From: a virus
Length of the DNA: 40,084 nt
Virus record (IMG/VR): IMGVR_UViG_3300045988_073791
Strand: one strand, 5' to 3'
In this document: positions 15,437 to 23,506 of the stretch, piece by piece
How the letters are laid out: every line of letters begins with the position of its first letter
Numbering within the stretch: position 1 is the first letter of the stretch
Notes under the pieces: generated by a model
What the model saw: the letters and a program-made list of their open reading frames with translations, nothing else
What the model was told of the DNA's origin: nothing
Databases searched by the model: none
Translations under genes and position numbers: made by a program

Positions 15437-15820
15437 ATGGCGAAAACGGTAAACGACTATAAGACAGAGATTATCAAGGTGCTAAAAGCCCACAGGCTGT
15501 ACAGCAAAGGACTGGATATGCAGGTACTATCATTAGCCAGCGCGATGCGTAATCTGGAAATGGCTAACGAACAGATAGACGGGCTGACTGAAACGACCGT
15601 GTGGGAAAAAACACGCTACGGCGAAAAGCTGTCACCGCACCCGGTTTTCAAAATCGCAAAGGAGGCGCAGGAACTGATAACCCGGCAGATGAAGTCTTTA
15701 GGACTGACCGCCGAAGATTTGGCCGGGGAGGTTGAGGATGACCCGCTGGCAGACCTTACAAAGAAACTGACGAAGAAGCGCAAGCAGCCAAAGATAATCA
15801 AACCCGGTAAGACTGAATGA
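15437..15820 (+). CDS. terS: Terminase small subunit (P27-like)
   Basis: 127 aa, directly upstream of the large terminase with an ATGA stop/start overlap, and a basic C-terminal tail. Confidence 0.75.
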   Translation: MAKTVNDYKTEIIKVLKAHRLYSKGLDMQVLSLASAMRNLEMANEQIDGLTETTVWEKTRYGEKLSPHPVFKIAKEAQELITRQMKSLGLTAEDLAGEVEDDPLADLTKKLTKKRKQPKIIKPGKTE

Positions 15821-17523
15821 CAGAGGAAGAAAAAGACAGGCTGAGGCAAGCCAAAGAGGATGTAACAGGGCTGCTGGCTGGCACCGACATAGACCGCTAC
15901 CGACTAACCGAAGTGGATAGCCGGTTAGATGACTATGTGCGCGAAGTGGCGGGCGACCCGGAGGCGCACAACCTATACGAGCAGCTGGCAGTAGCCCGGT
16001 TTTTCCATTTGTGCGATAAGTACGGTATCAACGCTACGGAGGTGTGGCAGTTTTGCGACTTCTACGAAAGTCTGTACTTTCCCGGCAAGGCCGGGCAGCA
16101 GCGGTACCGGCTGACCCCGGTACAGTATTTCCAGTTTGCCAGCATCTTTGCTTTTTGGCAGGACGGCAGGCGGGTAGTCCGGGAAGTGGTGCTGTACGTG
16201 CCGCGCAAATTCAGCAAAACGACCAGCACAGCATCTTTGGCCATATACGATTTGCTGTACGGCGACAACAACGCAGAGAGCTACACCGCCGCTAACAGCA
16301 ATGACCAAGCGAAAAAATGCTTTGACGTGATACGTGGCTGTATGCGGAAGTTAGACCCAAAAGAACGCCGGTACGTTATCAATGAGCAGACGGTAAAGAG
16401 CAGGCGGAAAGACCGCACGGCCTTTGCCCAATGTCTGACCGCTAACGCACGGACGAAAGACGGACTGAACGCCAGTACGGTTATCATGGATGAGTTTAGC
16501 CAAGCGCGGGACAGTGAACTGCTGACCGTGCTAACTACGTCTATGGGTGTGCGGGAAAATCCGCTGACCGTGATAATAACTACTGCGTCTGATGTTTTCG
16601 ATGGCCCGTTTTACGAAATGCTACAGGGCTACAAATCCGTGCTTCTGGGAGAGTATGAGGATGACAGTTTGTTTGCTCATATATTCGAGCCGGATTTAGA
16701 CGACCCGGAAGATGAGGAAAGCACGTGGCGCAAGGTACACCCGCATTTGGACGTAACGGTTAGTCTGGACTTCTACAGGCACGAATACACAAACGCACTG
16801 CGTAACGGCAGTGAAGCTATGTTAGCTTTCCGTACAAAACTGCTGAACACATACGCAGAGAATGAGCAGCGCAGCTGGATTAGTAGCACGCTGGCACGGC
16901 ATATAAGCAGACCGATAAGCATAGACGGTATCAAGGGCAGGCCGGATGCGATGGTAGCCATAGACCTAAGCGAAAGCGATGACTTTAGCGCAGTGACTAT
17001 GGGGATGTACGACAGCAAACAAAAAAACTTCTATTTCCATACTGCCTACTTTTTCCCGTCCGGCGCACTGCCGGGACACCCAAACGAAAAGCTGTACAGG
17101 ACATGGGCGGAAAAAGGATTTTTGGTGCTGACTGATGGCGATGTGATAGACTACCGGCGCATAGTGGATTACGTGCTGTACCTTAACCAGCACGTCCGGG
17201 TATTGGGTATCGGCTATGACCCGTGGAAGTCGCAGGAAGTTATTAATATGCTGGCTGCGTCCGGTGCCGGGAACGTGATAAAAGGCGTGCGACAGACCTA
17301 CGGAGTGTTTACCGCACCGGTGGAAAGTTTCGAGCATGGGGCAAAGACCGGGCATATATTCATTAACGACAACCCGATTAACGCCTACTGCTTTGGTAAC
17401 GCTGTGCTGGATAGTGACAGGCTGGAGAACTGCAAGCCTATTAAGCGGAAAGCGAGCCAGAAGATAGACGGCGTGATTACGAAACTGATGTGCCTACGGC
17501 TATTTATCGACTATGAACGGTGA
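15817..17523 (+). CDS. terL: Terminase large subunit
   Basis: Walker A-like YVPRKFSKTT, Walker B VIMDEFS, a C-terminal nuclease region (GIGYDPW...), and position upstream of the portal gene. Confidence 0.9.
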   Translation: MTEEEKDRLRQAKEDVTGLLAGTDIDRYRLTEVDSRLDDYVREVAGDPEAHNLYEQLAVARFFHLCDKYGINATEVWQFCDFYESLYFPGKAGQQRYRLTPVQYFQFASIFAFWQDGRRVVREVVLYVPRKFSKTTSTASLAIYDLLYGDNNAESYTAANSNDQAKKCFDVIRGCMRKLDPKERRYVINEQTVKSRRKDRTAFAQCLTANARTKDGLNASTVIMDEFSQARDSELLTVLTTSMGVRENPLTVIITTASDVFDGPFYEMLQGYKSVLLGEYEDDSLFAHIFEPDLDDPEDEESTWRKVHPHLDVTVSLDFYRHEYTNALRNGSEAMLAFRTKLLNTYAENEQRSWISSTLARHISRPISIDGIKGRPDAMVAIDLSESDDFSAVTMGMYDSKQKNFYFHTAYFFPSGALPGHPNEKLYRTWAEKGFLVLTDGDVIDYRRIVDYVLYLNQHVRVLGIGYDPWKSQEVINMLAASGAGNVIKGVRQTYGVFTAPVESFEHGAKTGHIFINDNPINAYCFGNAVLDSDRLENCKPIKRKASQKIDGVITKLMCLRLFIDYER

Positions 17524-17602
17524 TTTTTAACATTTATTTTTCCAAAGGCTGGTACCAGATACGGCGTTTTCCGGGTAAGGTAGAAGAACATTATATTTTG
17601 CG

Positions 17603-18925
17603 ATGGGTATTTTGATTAACATACGGAATTTGTTTAGGCGCGGCGAGCCTGCACAGGCGAAGCAGGAACCGGCGGGGCGGACACCCCGAACCGGCGGCGG
17701 CTTTCCTTTGCTTGCATCTGCTAATGCGCTGAACATAGCGGCCGTTTACCGCTGTGTTAATCTTTTGGCAGACAGCGTAGCGATGCTACCAGTCCAGTAT
17801 ATGCGCAAAAAGGGCGATATTTTCGTGGAAGACCGCAGCGACCGTATGCACTATCTGCTGAACGTGCAGCCGTGCGAATGGCTTTCGGCTGTGGACTTCT
17901 GGCAGCAGGTGGTACGCTATCTGCTGCTGAGGGGAAACGCCTACATAGTGCCGGTCTATGACCCGTTTACTATGTCCGTGGCACGTCTGGCACTGGTAGA
18001 CCCTACGACCGTGGCGCATGATACGGTTAATGACACCTACACGATTAACGATGTCTACGCAGGCATTAGCGGCGTGTATGACGAAAGCGAGATACTGCAC
18101 ATAAAGAACTACAGCATAGACGGAAAAACCGGGCTATCTACCATAGCCTACGCACGCATAGCACTGGATATAACCAGCACGGGCGACCAAGAAACACTAA
18201 ACCGGTTTGCCAACGGTGGTAATGTCCGTGGAATTGTCAGCAACGATAGCGGCGTGCGTGGCTTTGGAGAGTACCAAGATAAGGAACTGGAAAAGACGGC
18301 TACCGATTTGGATAGCCGGTTTAGGGGCGGCGAGCGTATAGTATCACTGCCGGGGCAAGTGCAGTTTAGCCCTATTTCGTTAAGCAGTACGGATATGCAG
18401 TTTTTGGAAACCCGCAAATTCAATGTGCGCGAGATATGCCGTTTTTTCGGCGTGCATCCGTCCTTTGTGTTTGACGATACCAGCAATAATTACAAGTCTG
18501 CGGAAATGGCTAACGTGGCTTTTCTCACTAACACGCTTAATCCTATGCTGCGAAAAATAGAAGTGGAACTGCACCGGAAGTTAGTAGCACCTAATCTGTG
18601 CTGCAAACGCAAATTCCAGTTTGACCGGCGCGGGCTGTATGCGTGCGATTTGGATAGCCGCGTTAAGTACCAAGCCCAGACGATAGCCGCCGGGCTGTAC
18701 ACGGTGAACGAATGGAGGCAGGAAGAAAACAAGCCAGCCGTAGAGGGCGGCGATACTGTGCTGGTATCCGCCAACCTAAAGAGCATAGAGGAACAGAGCA
18801 AGCAGCCGGAACCGGAGCCAGTACCGACAGAACCAGCCCCGGCAACGGATGAACCAGATACTAACCAGTCCGGCACCACTGAGGAACCGGACGAAAACGG
18901 AGATAACAACAATGGCGAAGAATAA
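17603..18925 (+). CDS. Portal protein (HK97-family-like)
   Basis: 440 aa, located between terL and the prohead protease, with an acidic Pro/Glu-rich C-terminus. Confidence 0.85.
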   Translation: MGILINIRNLFRRGEPAQAKQEPAGRTPRTGGGFPLLASANALNIAAVYRCVNLLADSVAMLPVQYMRKKGDIFVEDRSDRMHYLLNVQPCEWLSAVDFWQQVVRYLLLRGNAYIVPVYDPFTMSVARLALVDPTTVAHDTVNDTYTINDVYAGISGVYDESEILHIKNYSIDGKTGLSTIAYARIALDITSTGDQETLNRFANGGNVRGIVSNDSGVRGFGEYQDKELEKTATDLDSRFRGGERIVSLPGQVQFSPISLSSTDMQFLETRKFNVREICRFFGVHPSFVFDDTSNNYKSAEMANVAFLTNTLNPMLRKIEVELHRKLVAPNLCCKRKFQFDRRGLYACDLDSRVKYQAQTIAAGLYTVNEWRQEENKPAVEGGDTVLVSANLKSIEEQSKQPEPEPVPTEPAPATDEPDTNQSGTTEEPDENGDNNNGEE

Positions 18926-19598
18926 GAACACGGTAGTAAACCGAATACTGCACACCGTTACCGATTTGCGGGTAAGGGAGGCGCAAGAGGGCGAAGCAGC
19001 CAGTAGAACGATTACCGGCTACGCTATACTGTTTGGCGTGCCGTCCGCACCGCTGTACGACTATGACGATGAGGAAGCACGGGAAGTAATCGCACCGGGT
19101 GCAGTGACAAAAGAACTGCTGGACGGGTGCGATATAAAAATGACCATGTTTCACGATAGGCAGCTGATTTTGGCACGCAGTAAGAACGGAGCCGGAACAC
19201 TGACCTACGGCGTGGATGACAAAGGCGTATATTTCGAGTTTGAAGCACCTAACACCGTGGACGGTGACAAAGCACTGGAACTGGTTAGGCGCGGTGACAT
19301 ATCCGGCTGTAGCTTCATGTTTAGCACGCATTATTACGACAGTGCGTATGTTTCCCGTGATGTACAGCGTGTGGACGGCAAGACGGTAATAACCTACACG
19401 GTTAATGTGATTACCGGGATATATGATTTTACGCTGGCAGCAGACCCGGCATATCCCGATACCAACTGTGAGGCGGGGGCGCGGGAACTGTTTAAGGAAC
19501 TGCGCACCCCGGAGCCGGAGCCAGAGAAACCGAAGAACGAAGATAAGCTGCGCGAGCAAGTGCGCGAAATGCGCCGCGCTGCTGCGCAATTATTATAA
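18912..19598 (+). CDS. Prohead (maturation) protease, HK97-type
   Basis: Located between the portal and capsid genes, with ITGYAILFG...MFHDRQLILARS. The ATG at 18912 (MAKNKNT) is preferred over the track start 18849. Confidence 0.8.
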   Translation: MAKNKNTVVNRILHTVTDLRVREAQEGEAASRTITGYAILFGVPSAPLYDYDDEEAREVIAPGAVTKELLDGCDIKMTMFHDRQLILARSKNGAGTLTYGVDDKGVYFEFEAPNTVDGDKALELVRRGDISGCSFMFSTHYYDSAYVSRDVQRVDGKTVITYTVNVITGIYDFTLAADPAYPDTNCEAGARELFKELRTPEPEPEKPKNEDKLREQVREMRRAAAQLL

Positions 19599-19631
19599 GA
19601 TTTAAGTTTAACCATAAAAGTTTTTTAGAGT

Positions 19632-20777
19632 ATGCCAAAGACAACAGCAACGAAGAAAACAGTAAACGCACGCCAGTTAGTAGACAAATACCAGTCTAAC
19701 TGCGACCGCATTAACGAGATTGCGGATTTGTGCGAAAAAGAGCAGCGCGAGCGTACAGAAGCGGAAACCGCAGAGTATAACGCGCTGGTAAGGGAAAACC
19801 AGCTGCTGCAAATGAAGATGCAGGCACTGGCAGTAGAGCATCTGCGCGAAAACGCTACTACGGTGGAAGATGCTAACCGCATTATCCGCGAGAACGTAGC
19901 CGCAGGCCGACAGACACAAATTATGCTGATGCGTGATTTGGTGATGGTGGCGGACGTGACCACAGGCGGTATCGTGCCGGTGAAGATGCAGGACATTTTA
20001 GACCCGCTGGTAGAGGGGCTGATTTTGGATAAAGTCGGTCTGCCTATGCCTACCGGTCTGGCAGGTGACTACATTTGGCCAACCTACGAAACTGTGGAGG
20101 CAACGATACAGGGCGAGGGCGTGGCACTGACTGACACCGAAATTTCGATGTCTAAATTGACCGCTTCGCCGCAGCGTATCGGTATCGCTATCCCGGTTAC
20201 ACGGCAGGCGATTAACCAGACCGAGGGAGTGGTAGAAATGATTGTTAAAAAGCTGATGCCGCTTTCGGTAACTATGCTGCTTAACAAAATCCTTTTCAGC
20301 ACCACAAAGGTAACAGGTGCTACCACGCTGGTAGGCCCGTTTGTGGCACTGGCAAGCAGCCCCGTAGAGGTGAGCGCAGAACCCACGTTTAAGGAGTTTA
20401 ACAGCCTCAAAGCAAAAGTACTGGCTACGGGTGTAGACGGTGAGCATCTTTGCTTTGTGATGACCAAGGCGCAGAAAGCTATCGCCGAGGCGACCCCGAA
20501 AGACGCGGGCAGTGGCATTATGGTTTGCGAAAACGACCATATCGCAGGTCTGCCGGTATTCACCACGAACTATATCGGCGAGGGCTATATAGGTCTGGGC
20601 GATTGGCGTTATCAGCCTATGGGCTTGTTTGGCGACATTTCGTTTATTATCGACCCGTACAGCCAGGCACGCAAAGACGCTGTGGATTTCGTGCTTAACG
20701 TGAACTACGGCACTACCACGCTGCGCACAGAGGCTTTTGCGCTGGCAAAGTGCAAGGCAGCAGGCGTGGGCGCGTAA
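19632..20777 (+). CDS. Major capsid protein, HK97 fold, with N-terminal coiled-coil delta domain
   Basis: 381 aa, immediately after the protease. About 100 N-terminal residues are helical and charged, followed by a capsid-like body. Confidence 0.88.
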   Translation: MPKTTATKKTVNARQLVDKYQSNCDRINEIADLCEKEQRERTEAETAEYNALVRENQLLQMKMQALAVEHLRENATTVEDANRIIRENVAAGRQTQIMLMRDLVMVADVTTGGIVPVKMQDILDPLVEGLILDKVGLPMPTGLAGDYIWPTYETVEATIQGEGVALTDTEISMSKLTASPQRIGIAIPVTRQAINQTEGVVEMIVKKLMPLSVTMLLNKILFSTTKVTGATTLVGPFVALASSPVEVSAEPTFKEFNSLKAKVLATGVDGEHLCFVMTKAQKAIAEATPKDAGSGIMVCENDHIAGLPVFTTNYIGEGYIGLGDWRYQPMGLFGDISFIIDPYSQARKDAVDFVLNVNYGTTTLRTEAFALAKCKAAGVGA

Positions 20778-20809
20778 ACGGGGTAAGGATTGTAACAGGA
20801 TAACATAGT

Positions 20810-21136
20810 TTGATTATGGCTACAGTGGATATAGCACTATTAAAGCAGCACGTTAGGGCTGACGATTTTAGCGATGATGACCAGTATTTGGCGCACCTGC
20901 TGGAAGCAGCGGAACAGTATGTAACCGAGGCGACCAACCGCAGCAGCGATGAACTGCTGGCTATGGGCGGCGGAGAGCATCTGCCAGCCACGTTACAGCA
21001 GGCGGTTTTGCTGATAGCCGGACACTGGTACAACCAGCGCGAAGCCGTTAGCGGCGTGCAGATGGCGGAAGTGCCATATACACTGCAAGCCCTAATCAAA
21101 CCGTATCGCAAACTGGTAGATGACGTTACGGAATGA
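20810..21136 (+). CDS. Head-tail connector protein (gp6-like)
   Basis: LLKQHVRADDFSDDDQYLAHLLEAAEQYV...AVLLIAGHWYNQRE is typical of gp6-type adaptors. Confidence 0.75.
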   Translation: MIMATVDIALLKQHVRADDFSDDDQYLAHLLEAAEQYVTEATNRSSDELLAMGGGEHLPATLQQAVLLIAGHWYNQREAVSGVQMAEVPYTLQALIKPYRKLVDDVTE

Positions 21137-21453
21137 GAGCGGGCGCACTGAAATACAGGTTAAATCTGCTGGAGCCTAAACGGGTGACAGACCGCATGGG
21201 CGCGGAAACGGTGACATACACCAAGACGCGCACCGTATGGGCTGAACGTGTGAGGGCTACCGGAAATATGAGCGAGGAAGTAGGCGAGCATTTTCCGAAC
21301 TACACAGTAGAGTTTAACATACGGGATGCGCACCCGGTGCAGGAAAACTGGAGGGTGCAGCAGCTGGGCGGCTACCTTTATACCGTGACGAATATCGTAC
21401 CTAATCTGGATAAAGGGTATAAAACCCTGCTGTGTGAAAGAGTTAATGAATAG
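21133..21453 (+). CDS. Head closure / head-tail adaptor protein
   Basis: LKYRLNLLEPKRVTDRMGAETVTYTKTRTVWAERV, plus an ATGA overlap with the previous gene. Confidence 0.75.
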   Translation: MRAGALKYRLNLLEPKRVTDRMGAETVTYTKTRTVWAERVRATGNMSEEVGEHFPNYTVEFNIRDAHPVQENWRVQQLGGYLYTVTNIVPNLDKGYKTLLCERVNE

Positions 21454-21461
21454 ATACCATT

Positions 21462-21986
21462 ATGGCCCAAAGCATAGACTACGACGATAAGAATTTGCAG
21501 CAGTTATTTGCTGAACTGGAACCGAAGCGCAGACTACAGGCGATAAAAGGCGGTTTTCGCAAGGAAGCCAACAAGGTACGCAAGGTGGCAGTAAACAATC
21601 TGCGTAACAGCGTCCATTCCAACAAGGATTTGGAAAAGGGCGTGCGGTCTATCGTATTCAAGCGTAAAGCCGGTTTTCGGGTGACAGTCGGAACTAAGCG
21701 GGCGGGCAAGAATGGCAAAGGCGAAGCGGGATTTCACACCAACCGGCAGGGGCTTAAAAAGCCCGTGTTAATCTGGGTGGAAGAAGGTACTAAGGAGCGA
21801 AAGACGAAAAGCAGCGGCGGCAAAAGAGCCGCACGGCGCAGGTCTGCGCACCGTACCGGACGGATGAGGCGTTACGGCTTCATGTCCCAGACGCTGAACG
21901 GAGTACGGGATACCGTTACTGCCGATATTCATAACATGGTAACTGATAATGTTTTTAGAGTAGCAAAAAAGTATGGCTGTAGGTAA
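21462..21986 (+). CDS. Tail-neck component, HK97 gp10-like
   Basis: Position in the connector array and a basic central region. Confidence 0.55.
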   Translation: MAQSIDYDDKNLQQLFAELEPKRRLQAIKGGFRKEANKVRKVAVNNLRNSVHSNKDLEKGVRSIVFKRKAGFRVTVGTKRAGKNGKGEAGFHTNRQGLKKPVLIWVEEGTKERKTKSSGGKRAARRRSAHRTGRMRRYGFMSQTLNGVRDTVTADIHNMVTDNVFRVAKKYGCR

Positions 21987-22362
21987 GACAAGTTTAAGTG
22001 CCGGTGAAATAATCCGGTCTATCCTTATATCGGATGGTGAGGTATCCGCACGGGTAAAAAAGGTATTCCCGGTGGTTGAGGACAGCGCGGAACTGCCGTA
22101 TATCGTGTACAGGCGTGCGCAGTTGGAGCAAACCCCGGTTAAATCCGGGCGGGGTGCTGACATGGTAGGGATAGAGATACTTTGTTATACGGAACACTAT
22201 ACGGAGGGCGTAGAACTGGCAGAAGCCGTGCGCAGCGCACTGGATGGGAAACAAGGCGAGGTAAACGGGCTGGTTATGCGTAGCTGCTATCTGGCAGACA
22301 GTGAGGAAGCATGGCAGGATGATGCCTATGTACAGCAACTTATGTTTAATGTTAAAATATAG
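21973..22362 (+). CDS. Tail terminator/completion protein (tentative)
   Basis: Located directly upstream of the major tail protein gene. 129 aa. Confidence 0.5.
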   Translation: MAVGKTSLSAGEIIRSILISDGEVSARVKKVFPVVEDSAELPYIVYRRAQLEQTPVKSGRGADMVGIEILCYTEHYTEGVELAEAVRSALDGKQGEVNGLVMRSCYLADSEEAWQDDAYVQQLMFNVKI

Positions 22363-22370
22363 AAAAGATT

Positions 22371-22832
22371 ATGGCTAAGACTGGATATTGTAACGGTAGC
22401 GATATGCTGCTGTATGTGGGCGGCAAAGCGATAGGCAGCTGCACCAGCCACACTACTACGTTTAACAGCGAAACCAAGGAAAGAGCCGTAAAGCCCGTGG
22501 CCACTGCGGCTATGGCAAGCGGCCTTTGGAAGAAGAAAGGCGTGGTGGGTTTGTCCTATAGCATTTCCGGCGAAGGACTTGTATTTTACGACGAAACCGA
22601 AAACGGCTACAAATCGCTGTTTGCACTGTGGAAAGCCGGTGCGTCGGTTGAGGTTAAGTGTATGGAGCGCGAAAGCGAAACCCCTTATTTGGTAGGTAAA
22701 TGCGTTATCGCGTCGCTGGAGCGCACAGACCCCGCGCAGGATGACAGTACATATAGCATTTCGCTGGAAAATGACGGCGAGCCTACCACACTGGACGAAA
22801 GCGCAATTACTGAAAACACACCGGAAGAGTAA
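22371..22832 (+). CDS. Major tail protein
   Basis: 153 aa, immediately upstream of the frameshifted chaperone pair and the tape measure gene. Confidence 0.7.
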   Translation: MAKTGYCNGSDMLLYVGGKAIGSCTSHTTTFNSETKERAVKPVATAAMASGLWKKKGVVGLSYSISGEGLVFYDETENGYKSLFALWKAGASVEVKCMERESETPYLVGKCVIASLERTDPAQDDSTYSISLENDGEPTTLDESAITENTPEE

Positions 22833-22843
22833 ACTAATAGGAT

Positions 22844-23149
22844 ATGGCAAAGATAGAAGTAACGATTAATGGCGTGGCATATCCGTGCCGTCCTACGATG
22901 GGGGCTATGCTGCGCTTTAAGAAAGAAGCAGGCAAAGAGGTAACGGAGATTACCAGTAACAGCCTAACCGATTTGTGTACTTATCTGTATTGCTGCGTGG
23001 CCTCAGCCTCAGCAGCGGACGGCGTAGATTTCAAAATGTCGCTGATGGATTTTGCCGATGCGCTTAACCCGGAGGATATGACCGCATGGGCTACGCAGAT
23101 GCAGCAAAACACTGTGGATAATGCCGAGGGATTAGAAAAAAAAAGCTAA
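22844..23149 (+). CDS. Tail assembly chaperone (G-like, zero-frame product)
   Basis: Located between the major tail protein and the tape measure. Ends 3 nt after an A9 slippery tract. Confidence 0.75.
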   Translation: MAKIEVTINGVAYPCRPTMGAMLRFKKEAGKEVTEITSNSLTDLCTYLYCCVASASAADGVDFKMSLMDFADALNPEDMTAWATQMQQNTVDNAEGLEKKS

Positions 23150-23499
23150 AGCCCTACGGCATATTAGAATTACTGGGTATCGCGCTGGGCTGCATACGGC
23201 TGAGTTATGATGATTTCTGCAAACTGGATTTTGAAGAATTTGCAGCGGTCTATAAAGCCTATGCAGAGCAGCGCGATACTGATTTTAAGGACAACTGGCA
23301 ACGGATGCGGCTATTAGCAACGATAGTTATACAGCCGCATTTGGATAAACGGCATAAGGTAACGCCGGAAAAGTTACTACCGTTTCCGTGGGACAGGGCG
23401 AAAGTGGAGGCGAAGAAGAAACGGAAAGATATAACGCCGGAGCAGCAGCGCAGGCGTATGGAGAATTTGGTTAGAAAATTAGGTGACGAACTAATATAA
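22844..23499 (+). CDS. Tail assembly chaperone, -1 frameshift fusion product (GT-like)
   Basis: The -1 frame is open from the A9 tract (23136..23144) through 23499 (...GLEKK|KLKPYGILELLGIALG...KLGDELI). I read this codon by codon. Confidence 0.65.
23136..23144 (+). promoter_or_regulatory. A9 slippery sequence for -1 programmed ribosomal frameshifting
   Basis: The zero frame reads ga-A AAA AAA-agc-taa. Confidence 0.65.
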
Positions 23500-23506
23500 A
23501 GATACT

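Noticed and set aside
18861-19589. 242-aa minus-strand ORF opposite the prohead protease
   Set aside because: It mirrors the protease gene almost end to end. The + strand gene fits the portal-protease-capsid synteny, and no function is recognisable for the antisense product.
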